A stretch of 64,000 nt of DNA from Sphyrna mokarran (taxonomy: Eukaryota). The stretch is from positions 63,116,001 to 63,180,000 of the forward strand of contig JAGIQG010000005.1 of the NCBI GenBank assembly GCA_024679065.1, given 5' to 3'. The translations under genes were made by a program, and so were the position numbers. The notes beneath the pieces were generated by a model. The model worked only from the letters and a program-made list of their open reading frames with translations. It did no database searches and was not told the origin of the DNA. The stretch's first letter is position 1. Each line of letters opens with the position of its first letter. Below are positions 13,901 to 27,812 of this stretch, piece by piece.

Positions 13901-15878
13901 TTTAACTCATTTGATTGTTGCAAGGCCTTCCCAAAAAACCTCCAGGGCTTCACTCAAGCAACCACTTTACAGCTGAAAAATGTTTTCCCAAACTAGCTGG
14001 GCCTCTCTCAGCCAATGTTACTCTAACAGGCTCAGTCCTGAACTTTCCATCACCGTCAATCTAGCCTAACCAGTTGTTTTAGTTATTCCCCTGTATAAGT
14101 CCTCAGCCTCGCTGAAGCCTTGGTCAGGGCTTGGAGTCCACAGCGTATCTTGTTAAACACTGTCTCCCTGATGATTTGTGTCGACTTCAATTAAAATTGG
14201 ATGTCTGTTCAGACTCACTTTAGGTTGATGGGTTCTGATTTTGTCATCGCTGTGCAAAGAAGCTGCTCCTTGTCGGAGTGAGGTGAAGCTTCCAGGTTGT
14301 GCATTCTCCCATTCCTTGGCCTATGTGTTCTTTTCAGAAAGGTTGGTTTTGGAACCTTGCTTTTCTTCTGTGTCTCCTGACATGGCAATCATTGCAATGT
14401 CATGTCGGGCAGGACTCTGCAGGGACTGCTGTCACCTAGCGTTGGTCCGGCCTTGTCCAGGAGTGGTTCTGTAGGTGGACCTGGACTCCCTCTTACCTGA
14501 ATCCTTCCAAAGGGCTGCTATGTAACGGCCTGCCCCTTGGTGGTTGTCACGTAGCTCAGTTGCACTAGTGTTGGCTTCTACCTCCATTGGGATACCATGT
14601 AGCTCGTGCTAAAGACAAAGCCAGCTGTGATACCTGTTTACAGTCCAGCTGGACCTCTGTCAACAGGTGTTTCCCTACAGCCATATCATTGATTCCATAC
14701 ACCAATCAGTCTCAGAACAGCACCCTGAATTTGTAAGACTTGCCAAATGTCTTATCCTTGTCAGGAAACTGGTGATTGACTCCTCCACCTTTTGGAATGT
14801 GGAATAAAGCTGGTACCTCTGCAGGATCAGAGATGGCTTAGGGCCGTAATATTCTTTCACTAAGCCCAACAACTCCTGGAAGGACTTTGTGTCCAACGCA
14901 CCCGGAAAGTTAAGCTATATATAATAGCAAAAACTGCTGGTCCACAAGCAGTCAGCAGGATAACCCTTTGCTTCTCATTCGAATCATTGGCCCTGAAGAA
15001 ATACTTCATCCTTTCCACCTTTTGGACCCTGACCTCCACTGCAGGGTCAAGAGAGTCAAACTTCCTTAACAGTGGCATGTTTGTCCAACAATGGCTTGCC
15101 TTCAATATGTGTGGTGGTTAGGCAAGTTCCTTCAGGTCACTCATTTTTCCTCATTGCCACTGGCAATGTGAAGGTCTGGTCATCAAGACTTTTTTATTCA
15201 CAAGACAAACTATATAACAGAGCTCTCACTCTTGACTGCTTTCTGCTTCAGCAGGCAGAGACAAACCTGCTTTAAATAGGGAACATGAGGCTCCCTGATT
15301 GGACCATCAATTAAAATTCACCAGGGACATTGTTTGGTGTCCAACCAAATAAAACTAAATCAAATTAACTTGAGGACAACTCAAAAGGTGCAGCTCCCAA
15401 AAGAGGGAAACTGCCTGAAACAAAAGACAAAGCGGAAAGGAAACTTAAAACATCAAATTTAAAATGTGATTAAAGGTGTCAAAAATGCACCCCAGTCCCT
15501 GCAGTGCCCAGTGGGCACAGAAGGCATTGACAGTGCCCTTGGATACTACATGGTCCCTCTCCAGGGACATCCAACCCTGCTTGTAGAGAGGCAGACTTCC
15601 AGATTGGATGATCCCTTCAATCGTCCATTGCCTGGACTGTAGATGGCATGCCTTGCCAGGGCCAGGAGCAAGTTCACAAGGAAGTCCTCCTTCCACCACC
15701 CCTCCTCCCCCACAGACCTGGTGCCCGTAGATCAGGGGCTGAAGTGCAAACAAAAAATCAACAAAAGATTTTTGAGGAAACTGAAAAGGGAGTCCAGCCT
15801 ACAACGTGAAGCATAGGATTCATCAGGGAATTCATACTCTAGCAGGCCAACCTCATTAGCTTGACTGAATTCATCACA
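10902..15878 (-). mobile_element. Full-length decayed Ty3/Gypsy LTR retrotransposon (Mag/K02A2.6-like)
   Basis: LTRs 10902-11124 and 15161-15878 (the second is interrupted), both TG...CA. Perfect 5-bp TSD GTGAC at 10897-10901 and 15879-15883. PPT ggaggggaaggag abuts the 3' LTR. PBS tggcaatgagga (15148-15159) is a CpG-decayed tggcgacgagga, tRNA-Ser(GCT) type. Gag MPLLRKFDSLDP...ERMKYFFRAND; RT LTFGVSSACAIFQRTME...IYLHDV; IN FLVIIDAHSKW...GIPEVLVSNNG. All frames are disrupted. Confidence 0.95.
15328..15817 (-). mobile_element. 5'-truncated Tx1/L1-like LINE nested in the Gypsy 5' LTR
   Basis: ORF 15445-15753 ends SLERDHVVSKGTVNAFCAHWALQGLGCIFD, resembling a Tx1-type ORF2 C-terminus. Flanked by 12-bp TSD attca(c/t)caggga at 15316-15327 and 15818-15829. 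Absent from the other LTR. Confidence 0.75.
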
Positions 15879-18800
15879 GTGACAGGTGCTGCAGGATTTT
15901 TTATGACTTCAAAACTTCTGTACAAATTCATTGAAAAGCATCAGCCTTCCACCAGCCATGCTGCAGCCACTGGTATAGCACTGTATAGGAGGAAGAGCAA
16001 AGGCACACAGAATCCTGGCACAAAGGAAATACACACGGATAATTAGTTTATGTTTGGATGCAACGTGACATTCGTTCATTAATAGAACTGATTTGCTTAT
16101 TTCAAGTGATTTTTAATTTTCCATTGTAGTTGGGAGAATGCAGTGCTGGACAGTAATGTTGGGAAGATAAGGAACAGAACTATTGGTGAAAGAGGTTTTG
16201 AGGATTACTGGTATCCCAGTCCAATTAGTTCTGTGCAAATGGTCAGGGCACAAGGTTGCCTTCTTTTTCTGATTCTTCTGCTTGGCCCTCTTCCTTTTGT
16301 TCCTTCACCTTCCTCTTCTAGCAGGTTACATTCCTCTGCATGGTCTGACCCCATTCTCCTACTTGTGTCTTTGTCCAAGGAGAAAATCTAATCCTGCGCA
16401 CGTCCCTGGAAGCAAGGGGTTTGTTCAAGGGGGAGATAATCTCATCATGAAAGAGAGTTCTGAGATTAAAGATTCCCAAGCTGGAAAGAACAAAAATAAA
16501 CCCTTGGGAGCTAAGACTGAACTGATTCTGGGAGAATTCTATGGGGGGAAACTTATCAACAAATGGCAGAATGTTGTCTCCGGTGAGAAAACTGGCATGT
16601 TTCTCTCCAGACCTTATTAGACTCTGCCCAAGATATCAAGGGCAAATGTTTCACTATGTCAAGTGGTGGTGGAAGTGTTGCAGGGGAGGGGGAGGTAGAC
16701 TCAACACACCAGCAAAACCCAGCTGCACTGAGATCGGGGTGCCATCTTCAAATCTCCAGCTCACCATGGAGAACTCAGGATCTGCATCACCTCCCCTAAA
16801 CAGTCTCTTATCGCCTCTCCCCCCGCCCTAACTGATCATTAATCTCTTCTCCATCTTCTTCCTGATCTTTATCTCCTTCCCCCACCCTCATAGTCAAATC
16901 TAGCACACACCAAACGGCCATTGCCGACGTCTACTGCTCCTCTGTCTGCTCCCAGACTGCAACCAAACGTGAATGAAACACCTTCACAAACTCCCCTCTC
17001 ACCATCACCATTCTCTCATGAGGCTCCAATTGCTGTTTACCCCTTGCCACATGTTGGCATTGCCAGTTAGTTATGTGCATGTGTTTCATACCACTCTGCT
17101 AATGAGGGGCCTGGAAGATTGGAACTCAGAAACTTTCTGGCTGCTTTCCAGATTTTAAGCCTGTGTTGCCCTTCCTGCAAACAGAGTGCGAGTTCAAAGT
17201 TGCTCTCAATGTCTACATAAAGGATTGTATTACATAGATCTGAGTTTTTGGCTGTGCTAAAAGAGGAGACGGGGTGTTCTGTCTTGAGGTTTAAAGTAAA
17301 AGTGTCTCCAATATGTTTAGTCTTTTTTTATTGTAAAAATCTTAAAACATGAAACCTTGTCATTTGAAGGTCAAATTTATTTCTGATGATTATCAATTTA
17401 TATGAAGAATATATCAATAATGCAATAATCTTCTGTTGACTCAACCTCACTAAAGGTTCAGCAATTCAGAAAGGAGCTGCACTATCTCCTCTATGAATTT
17501 TAGGATATGTGAGCATGCCTTCCCCCTCCAGAGAGTTCCTATTGCCTCCAGTTATTTGCCAACTTGCCCTGTAAGAGAGAGACAAATGTTTCATGTGTCA
17601 TACAATCTCTGTGTCTATCATGGGTGAATCGCTGACAGTGTTTCAGACGGTGGATGTCAGGCCTGCAGCAATGCTAGTTGTTTGAAGTTGTGATTCTTAA
17701 ATATGTGTGAGATTGATAGAGATTGATGGTTGGTTGTTAAAGGGGATGTGATGATTTGAGCAGTACTGCAGGTGGTAGAATGTGGCATTTGAAGATGCGT
17801 CACTGACATTGACCACTCATGCAATGTCATTAAACTTTCCTGGACTCTGCAATCAAGTCCCAGCATTGACCTCCTTGGCTACCTGCTCTTGTTACTTTTA
17901 CAGCATTTGCCCTACAGGCCTTTCGAGCAGCTATAGCTGAAGGACATCTCCCCTACTTTTAATGCCCCCACTCCCACCCCCAGTACTTTACCCCAAAACC
18001 TGTGAGCCTGCTATTCCCATATCATTCTTCAGTTACACCCAGGTTAGGCTGACACCTGTCCCAGCCACAGTGAACCGTTTGTTTAGCTTTAAGTGCTGCT
18101 TGGAAATGACAATTTTCAGCTGCCTGCTGCTGGATATAGCCAATGAACACCTTAGTTTGTGCTGGCTGTACCCAGCAATCATTCTAATGAGTAGGCAGCG
18201 CAACGTTGGCACATTGTTTTGCAACTTAATCAATCATTGCAGTTAATTGTCCATCGCTTTCTGTAGCACTTCAATTTAATCTCCCTTCCCGATGTGACTG
18301 CCCTAATGAATCCCCATCTGCCAGGGCTATAGCAGTTAGTTCTGGTGAAAGATCATTGACCTGTGGCTAGAATCTTGTTGAGATGTTGTGAGTCTTGTCT
18401 GCTGGCTGGAGAGTTAGTGAGATACCCATGCTGTCTGTTTTCTGAGAGGCCTGTCGAACCACATGATTATCGGTTAGCAGTGAGGCCAGCGACAGGCCTT
18501 CAGGTCTCCAGGAGAGTAGTTACCTAGCCAGGACTGCTGGCCAATGGGACTAGCAGCTCTTATGCTCAGCAGAGCCACAGGGGAGGTTGTCCCTGTTGCT
18601 GCAAGAACATCACCCAGAGTTTCAGATCATGGAATGACCCAGGCCAAAGGCAAGTGATGCACTGGAGAGACTGAGGGGAGAGTCATCCTGTGGAGGTTGC
18701 AGGAAGTAGGAGGAACTTGGTATGGATGTTGGAAGCAAGAAAGGGGGAGTGGCTCTCAGTACTGACCCATTCCCTTGCTCTTGGGTGTCCAAACATGCCA

Positions 18801-20714
18801 ATCTGCCACTGAGTGCTTTCGATTGATGGACTCCGCCCCTGCCCTCCGCAAACACACAACTGGTGGTGACGAGCTGCCCACAGTAGCTATCATGCACACC
18901 GCATAGCCAATTGGCAGCTGGGCTAATCCCAGTAGCAGTGGAGTGAGTCCCTGAATGATCCTTAATTGGCCACTTAAGAAGCTCAATTGGCAGTAGGGCA
19001 GAAGGGTTGACCAAGGTTTCGTTGCCCAGAATTTTGTTCAGACAGAGGCAGGAAGGTGGTGTGGTCCAGGTGTGCCACCATCCTGCTTAAGTATATCCCC
19101 TTCCCATCTCCAAACTTGCCACAAGAGACATTGTGAGATTTTGCCTATTAATTCTACTATTTTCCCCACAGATGTTGCCAGACCTGCTGAGTATTTGCAT
19201 CATTTTCTGTTTTTATTTCGGATTCCTAGCATCTGTAGCATTTTGCTTTTGTACATCCAATTTGGAGCTGTGCTAATTTCAATTCTGAAGTAGCCCTTGA
19301 AATAGCCTAACCCCTTGTATAACCTTGTTGCAGCAGATGTCTTAATTATCATACTTCTTTGTGTTGAGTTTGAAACACTACACTACACTACTTGTAGGGG
19401 ATTTTGGCCATGGGAAGCTGGTGTTTTGCTGCGTTTGTGTATTTTGTTTGCTGACTGTGCCGATTTGTAAAATCTGTCCCTACTTGTTTACTTTTTAAAT
19501 TTGTCATTTAACTCCCTGGGCATACCACAATCTTGACAACTCAACTGAATGATGAAGGAATATAGTCAATCCTCTAATGAACATGTTATTCTTACGCATA
19601 CAATTCTTATTTTAAATAGGCATATTGGCTATGGTGTTAGCTTCACAAAAATGTGAGAGGAAGTTACTTCATGTTTTACACAATGGTGCCTGTAGGACAT
19701 GACTGTGTCCTTCCACGTGCGTGTATGGTTCAATTAACCAGGCTGCAGCATTGTCTGTAGGTAACCTGTTCTTTTTTGATGTGCTGCAGGTAAAATAGTT
19801 GTGACGATTAAAAAAATGTGCTCTCAAAGGTGATATGAGAGTGGAAGGCTTGGGAATTATTTTCATAAGGATTTATTTTCAAGGAAGTTGTGATCAGAGT
19901 CTGGCCAATCAGTTCAGTTGGGTAGAGTGTGGTGCCCAATAACGTTAATGATGCTGGTTGAGTCCTGGCTGCAGCTGAGGTGATTCTTGGAGCCTCTGTC
20001 TTGTACCATGGTATCATTGAACCATGGTTGGCAATCCTTGGACAGTTAGAATGCCACTTGGAATGAGTGGGATGTTACATAGAAAAAATAGCATCATTTA
20101 AAACCAAAGTGAATAAGAACATTCAGTCCTCTTCCTAGTGACATTGTAGGTCAAAGCATAGCACATGGCCTGCAGCGATTCAAGAAAGCAGCTCACCACT
20201 GCTTTCTCAAGGGCAATTAGGGATGGACAATTAATGTTGGTCAGTCAGCGATGCCCATGACCCACAAATGAATAAAGATAAAGGAAGAATTTGAAGGGGC
20301 TTGGAGGATTGGGATAATGAAGTTAAACACCGTGAAGCTGGATTTAACACAGCACTATAGCCCTCTATTCCCACACTAAAATGGCCAGTCCATGGTTCTG
20401 ATTGTTGCCCCACAGCCATTTGGCACCAGAAACGTTGGTAAGTGACTGCAGCTGGGACCTCAGACCCTCTCGGGAGGAAATCCCTCCTTGAAGAGCTGCT
20501 GGCCAATTGGACTGCCATTGGGAGCGATGATGGGCAATCCCACCATGCCAAGGAGCCCAGGTAAGTACAGCATCTGGGATCTTACCAGTGCCAGGCTGAC
20601 AGGTTGCAAGGAAGAGTGAGGGGATTTGGTGGGGGTAGTGGGATAGGCAGGTTCAAGAAGCCAGTGGAGAGCTAAAGGGGCTGGTCTTATGGGGGAGTAC
20701 ATCTCCTTTATGTT

Positions 20715-21160
20715 TTCATGGGATGTTGGCGTCGCTGGTAAGATCACCTGACGAAGACCAGAGGGTCGAAAGCTTGTGAGTTTACTATCAAATAAATCGG
20801 TTGGATTTAAACCTGGTGTTGTCAGACTTCTTACTATCGTTGGTAATGCCAGTATTCGTTGCTCATCCCTAATTTCCCCTGAACTCACTGGTGGTTTACC
20901 GTCAATCACGTTGCTGTGGATTTGGAGTCACGTTTGAGTCAGACCAGGTAAGGATGGCAGATTTTGTTCCCTGAAGAGTGTTAGCGAACCAGATGGATTT
21001 TTATGACTATTGACAATAGATTCATGGTTATCATGACAGAGTAGCTTCAATTCCAGATTTATTAAACAAATTCAAATTCCACCTGTTGCCATGACACGGA
21101 TTCCCAGAACTGGGTGCCTGGATTATTAGTTCAGTGATTTTGCAATTATGCCACCATCTC
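20715..21160 (-). mobile_element. tRNA-derived SINE with CR1-like tail (AmnSINE2-like body), interrupted by a Penelope-type insert
   Basis: Reverse complement of the element at 53853-54190 (ggaaatctgccgtccttacctggtctg-like core, gtgactcca). Confidence 0.7.
20744..20779 (+). ncRNA. Minimal type I hammerhead ribozyme in a Penelope-type terminal-repeat insert (20742-20836)
   Basis: TCAC-CTGACGA-A-GACC-agag-GGTC-GAAA-GC-TT-GTGA: stem I TCAC/GTGA, intact core, stem II GACC/GGTC, palindromic AGCT stem III. Insert flanked by tcg(c/t)tggtaa duplication (20732-20741, 20837-20846). Confidence 0.8.
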
Positions 21161-22104
21161 CTCTTGTCCTTTACCAGGTAGGTGGTGAGCACAATGCCTG
21201 ATGGAATTTACATGTTCCCCCTATCCCCACACCTTCAAATCTGCCAGAAATGGATCGTATCCTGTCCCTGAAACTCTAACATTTGGACGTTTCCCCCACT
21301 ATCCCGCTGCCCCCATGCTTTCTCAAGCCTCCATTTTAAAATATATGTTTCACTGAAGGTAATTTCTATTTTTAAATTACCTCCATGCTGTAGGCTGGAA
21401 ACAAAGCAAAAGCAGCAAATGACCTGCAGGTTTTGAACGACATTGTGAGCAAAATAGGCCATTCAAGTGGCTTGAAGACTGATTGGGATTGTTGAGTTTG
21501 TTCCATACAAACATTATGTGGTAATACTGGCAGATATTTCAATTTGACCACATGATTGGATTCACAAAAGGTTCCTACCTCCTACAAGCTATGACAGATG
21601 GTGCTGTTCCCTCCTGTATTATTTTATATAACGATTCCATTAGGCAATTGTTCAATACATGCTAAGGTGCGAATAGACTGGCTGAGTGGGATGAGATCAA
21701 ACACTCAGCATATCGATCCACGAGTATCTTTAATTTGTAAAGATACTGCACACATACTTCATCGATCAAGCACACATGGCTGACTTAAAATGAATACACC
21801 TACATTCAGTGGCTCAGTGGGAGCAGTAAAATTAGTTTAAGGCCCACTGGCTAAATAGAAAGAAAATTAGCCAGACTTTCCATTTCAAAGTGCTAATTAA
21901 TGCCACCTCCTGAAAAGAAAGTCTGCATGAGCATGTATCTATTTTTAATATAGAATCAAAAACTGGGCTTGTGGGAGCAATGCTCCCTCTCCATTGCAGA
22001 TAAGGACCTGGTCATTAGATGTGAGACACTTTTGATGTTGCTGCACATGGCGCAGGCCTGGCCCAACCTCACACCTGTGCTGTGACATTCACTGAGCAAT
22101 TTTC

Positions 22105-23220
22105 ATTTGAAGGTGAAAAATGGCCATGTTCGTAGGAACGTGGTGTACAAACCTCTTGAGAAAGGTGGGAGAAATGTGTCCAACATCACCCTACTCCTGA
22201 CTGCCAGCTTTGTGTGTTGCTGCATCAAGCTGAGTGTAGATCCTGTGTACGCAAACATCAAGTATTACTACATATTGAGGTTCTACCTATCTCTCGTGTT
22301 GTGAAGGATAGGTTTGGCCATGCTGCTGTGGAACACTCCAAAAAACTGCACTGTGCCGTACCACCTGACCCTCGTAGAAAATGTTATGCAGAAGAACACT
22401 CCTGACAAGAAGTCCATAAGCAAGTGGTCAGCACTTCCAAGAGGTCCTATGGGTAAAGAAGTTGGTGGATTGTATTGGCTGGTTCTCTGAGCAGACTGTC
22501 AGAGTCATTTGGCAGAACGTTTCATCACTATAACTTTCAAGCCAGCACCAAGATCTAGCTTGGCTGATGGTGAGAAAAGCCCTCCCTGACAGATCCTTCC
22601 TTCATGGCCATGGTTTCACTCCCTCTTTTCGTTGCCCTTGAATTGATTGTGATGGGGAAGAGATCATTATTCACCTTTTGGGATATGCCTTTGTAAAGAA
22701 GGTCTGGAGATGAGGTGGTTTTTGTTGAAGTTCATCGCTAGCAGCTTCCTGATGCAGGACTCTGGGCTGTTCCTAGGGACAATCTGAGGCCAACATCAGA
22801 TATTGCTGGAGGATCATCAACTCAGTGAAAGAAGCTCTTTGCTTGGCGCAAAACTTGTTGATCTTCCTGTGTAAAGAATTGTTGTTGATCCAGTTTTGCA
22901 GACTGACACATTCCAAAGCCCAGGACTATGTGTCTGGAGCAGCCATTGCAGGAGGGGGGGGTGGTGGGGAGATCACTGTCTAAGACCTTTCAACCATACC
23001 GAACCAAGAGGGGAAGAACCCTCTCGGGCTGAATGAACCATTGAATGTGCATAGTGAATATTACATGTATCCCATTGAAATACCTCTGGAGTGCAACCTG
23101 AAGTATGTAGACAATCTTTAAATATCTTTTGCATCATTTGTAAAGGCCATTTAAAAATGTCTGTAATGTTTCTTTGGCTGGATTGAAGCACCTCTTGAGT
23201 GTTACTTGATGTATGTAAGG
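22105..23220 (+). mobile_element. Tx1/L1-like LINE 3' fragment
   Basis: VRRNVVYKPLEKGGRNV...CIKLSVDPVYANIKYYYILRFYLS, followed by decayed zf-RVT region and ...RIINSVKEAL...CRLTHSKAQDYV. Confidence 0.8.
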
Positions 23221-23227
23221 CCATGAT

Positions 23228-23345
23228 ATGGAGATGCCGGGGTTGGACTATAGTGGGCACAGCTGAAGTCTCACACCAGGTTAAAGTCCAACAGGTTTAT
23301 TTGGTAGCATGAGGTTTCACAGCACTGCTCCTTCATCAGGTGAGG
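23228..23345 (-). mobile_element. Penelope-type terminal repeat with degenerate hammerhead
   Basis: Minus strand tcacCTGATGAaGGAGCagtGCTgtGAAAcctc...aaataaacctgttggactttaacctggtgt; homologous to 20742-20836. Confidence 0.75.
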
Positions 23346-26300
23346 GGAGAGTGTTAAGTTGAGCTAATGGTATGTCGTGTTAGTAGTAGCCAAAATGTGG
23401 CAATTATTACTTTAGGTTATTGATTTCTGTAAAGAACCTGAATAGTATTGTAGTTGTATGATAGCCATTCTGGAATGTTTGTTCTTGCAGATATTTTATG
23501 ATTTTTTTTGCAAAAAGTAAAGATGAATAATCTAGATAAAGTACTAGATGCTTGCTAACAATAATTGCCGTTCTCACATATCTACATAGTTAGAGCCAGT
23601 TTACAATTCTTCCTTCTCTGATTCAGTAATATATCATTGCTTCACTTCAAAAGAGCAATCATACTGCACTGGTGTAATTTTTTTTCTCTATAAGCCATGC
23701 TTGGTTAAATTTTTGCCTTCACTGCCTGGGTGGTAACATGGTGGAACAAATTGCCCATCCATTAAAGAATCTGTCCAATTTGCATTTCATCAGAATCTGT
23801 GGAGTGAAAATCAAGCTGTTTCCTTAACAGGTGAATGATCTGTTCTGCCAGATTTCACATGAGATGGAGACAAACATCTACCCTCTGTTCTAGCTGAGCA
23901 AGCTTGATCATTTTATCTCGTGGCAACTAGGAAGTTGGTTCAGACTGCTTGTTTCATATTCCAGCCTTAAGATAGATTGATAGAAGACAGATTCCAGGGG
24001 TTGAAATGACGTGTGAGTGCCATGTGCCACCCCATTATTTCCTATTTTTCCAACTGAAAATGCAGGTAGAAAAGAATCTGAGAAACATACAGGAATGCCT
24101 GTGTATTTCATTCATCCACCATGAGTTTTATTCTGTACAGAATACATACTTTCTCCTCTATTGCTATTAAAAGCACTTGGACGATTCTTGCCTTCCAATC
24201 TTCTGCTAACCATGTGCCATCTCATGCTGTCTTCCGCAGTCAGCCTCTGAATCTGATTGGGTATGCTGCAGTTATGAACCCCAAATGTTATTATGTTGTA
24301 AAGAGCTACAAGTGGCATGTTAGAATTCCATGTGCTTAAAATATTTATTATATATTCCGTATGTTTTGAATTTGGTCATCCTGTCTTACTCATTAGAAAT
24401 TGCTGGTTAGAAGTTCTGCCATGATTGGATTGTGTGTACTATGTTTACAATGTCAATTACAATTACAATTGATGTGAGCTGTTAATGTTCCAAAGCTTCC
24501 CACTGAACTTTTCTCCAAACAAGCAAGTTATCATGTAATTGAGTAATCCATCATTGAATGAGCACAGACATGGAGATGCAATTCAATTCTTCACCTGCAT
24601 AAGTTAGGATCATTGCTAAAGGATGCAACTGGCCTGATCATCTGTGTAAACAATATTAACCTTGAGGCTGCTGAATATCAGGAAACTCATTTGAATGCAC
24701 AGTACGTGTTGGAACTCAGTTAAAGGCACAACTGATGTTTCTGTGTCCCAGGCAAAGATTTAAACAATATAAAGCTCCCACCCAGGGCTAGGGATCTACT
24801 GGTGGATATAGACTCACTGGGGGTGATTTTTCGCCATCTTCTGATGGCCGACCGGGAATTATGATGAATGGGGCGAGGCCGAAAATTGGGATTCCCACCA
24901 GGGATAAGGGCTCTTGGGATTCAGCTGATTTACCCCACGGCCTCAATTGGGTTCTCACTCAGAGAACAAAGGACAACACATCATGGGAAACAGGCCCTTC
25001 AGCCCAACGAGTTGCCAGAGTGGATGGCAACTCGATAATTATGCAAACCTGCTAATTTGAATGTTATTAGAGGGTTTGACAGGCCATTCACCAGTGGGAC
25101 AGCACCAGGCAGGCTTTACATGTTCTACCCATAAGCCAGGACATGGCATGCTGCTCCCCAAGGATCCAGGAAAGCATCACCAACCCCTCAGAAAAGAGGG
25201 GCATCCACCCCCCCTCCCCCCCCACCATTCAAATCATGGTTCACCCCATCCACACATCACACAGACATGAGGATGATCTGATCAGAATCCTTTAGTATCT
25301 CTTAGATCTCTCCACCAAACCTTTCAGGGCAAGCACCTTGGCAGTGCCAACAGTGCACTGCCCCTTGCACACTGGCACTGACACCCTGGTCTGGTACCTT
25401 GGGCCCTGAGAGGGATCAAGGTGGTAGGACCAGTGGTCATTTGCATCTATGTTGCTTCACGGGTGCAGAGGAATGGTGTCATAAGGATTCTGGGAGTTGG
25501 ATGGGCCAGGACTGGTGACAAAGGGTTGACTTTGTCACCCTCCATTGGGATGGGGATGTCATGCCTGGACTACTCTTCTAACAGACATGAGGGTCACCCC
25601 TGGCATTGTGATTTCAGGCATTCCTGTGATCAATATTTGCACTCCAGTCTGGCTGGATCACTTTAATCTCTATGCCTCCTAGTCACCTGGTGAGATATTA
25701 AATCATTGCAGCACCCCATTCTGCAGCACAGATTTGCCTTCCTCCCTTTCAGAAGCAGGCAAGAGAATATCCCTTTGAAGTCCTTTGACAGAGAGGATGG
25801 CTGAAACTCTATCACCTCACTCACCCTGGAATTGGGACTAGCAAGGTTCCCGAAATGGAAATCTCCATTGGCCTTGGATGGGATGGCCGAAGCAAGGCTA
25901 TAAAATCCCAACCATAATGTCAATTCCACCAAAAGGGGAATGGGTTTCAGTCTGTCCAGCTGTGCACTCAGTCCCAATGTATGCCCACAGTTTTGATTTA
26001 AAATTGTTGTGGCTTCCCAGTGAGCTGAAATTGTTGAAATCCTCTCCATTGCACTTGAAGCCTTTGATCTGTAATAAGTTGAGCAAGTTTGACCTCATAA
26101 AAGATTCAGCTGTCAGATCGAGATTTCTATCAACCTCCAGCCACCTGTGTTTATTTTGATTTCTCTTGATGGTTGACTGCTCACATTGATCCACAATGTA
26201 GGCAGAGTCCAATCCTAATTCACAGCCTATGGTTTCACTTCCTTTTTTGCAAACCACTTCAAATCCTGGAGGGAGTTTTGCACTCCCTGGGTAGAATTTA

Positions 26301-27500
26301 ATTCAGATGACACCGGTCTCCCAACCAACTGGAGAGCCAATGAGTTTTCTCTGCCATCTGTGTTGGGGTAGGCCCTCCAAATTAAATGCCCATTGCATTT
26401 AAAGTGGAATAACGAAAAAAAGTTGCCATTGCAATTATGACTCAGTTTTACTTCCGAATTGATGTTTTCTATGTGTGACATCAGGGCACCACAAAAAGAC
26501 AATCAACTTAATTAAATTCGAACTGTGGACAACAGTATTTGCGAAAGTGAACTTTAATTTAAATTGAACTTTATAAACTGGAAGATATGAATGTGTTTAT
26601 TTGAATCTACAAATGATCTTTTCACTTGCTTCTCGCGTGGCATTGCAATAATTTGTTTTGAACCTTGGAACGTGTTTTTAGCAAAGTATAATAGAATAAT
26701 TGAAAATTTGACCATAGGTACTGATGTGAAAATTGAAGATGAGTGCAATTTGCCATTTTCATAAAAAGCATAAATCTACTTGCATCCCTTCTCTTGCTCC
26801 ACTTTTGATGATTATGTATAAAACCACCCCGACCCTATTTTCTACAATTGTCTCCTTTAACTAATCCACTTCTTCTTCTCAAAACCTATGCCCTTGGCCA
26901 TATTTCTGGTCACCTTTCAGCTGAACATCTAAATTTTGTTTGTGCCTTTGCCAGGCATGTTGCAATTTATGAAGCAAGCTGTATAAATGCAAATTGTTGC
27001 TGCTGTCTGTGCAGTGTATATCCATTCCCAATCTTGGGAGAGAAGAAGACGTATAATTTTTCAGTCATATTACAAACACAGGCTGCCATCAAACCAATTG
27101 GATCACACAGTCGTCCAACTGTTATTAACTTTCACAGTTGACAGAAAACTAATCTTCAAGACTCTATTCTAAAATTAGAAGTTAATTAACGTATTCATGG
27201 GATGTTGAGAGGTCAATCAGGCATGATTTAAATAGAACTCCACGACCAAGTGGAGGAGAAATTGGTTCCTTATACAATTTTTGTAATTGATTACCTGTAC
27301 AAATAGTCCCAATAGTCCCAATCAATCAGCAAAACAAAATTTAAATGGAATATGCCGGAAGCAAGGAGCAAATCGGTAATATCAGGGAAGAGACAAGATA
27401 GGTCAAAATAAAATTTTAACTCTATATTTTGGATTTTTTTAAAAGCTGAGAAAGGATGCAAATCTAGGCAAATATTTTGTGTTGCTCCAGCAAAATGGGA

Positions 27501-27812
27501 TCATAGAATCCCTACAGTGTAGAAGGAGGCTGTTTGGTCCATCAAGTTCGTACTGACCACAATCCCATTCAGGCCTTATCACCAGTAATCCCACATTTAC
27601 CTTGCAAATCCCCTGATGCTATGGGCAATTTAGCTTTTCCAATCAATCTAACTTGTATATCCTTGGAGAGCGGGAGGAAACTAGAACATCCAAAAAAAAC
27701 CCATGCAGACACAGAATGTACAAACTTCACATAGATAGTGACCCAAGCTGGGGATTGAGCCCATATGTCCCTGGCGTTGTGATGTACCAGTGCTAACCAC
27801 TGTGCCACCCAT
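27501..27812 (-). mobile_element. HE1 SINE (V-SINE with HER1 LINE tail)
   Basis: Head gggtggcacagtggttagcactg, V-domain, tail ccttctacactgtagggattctatga. Confidence 0.9.
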
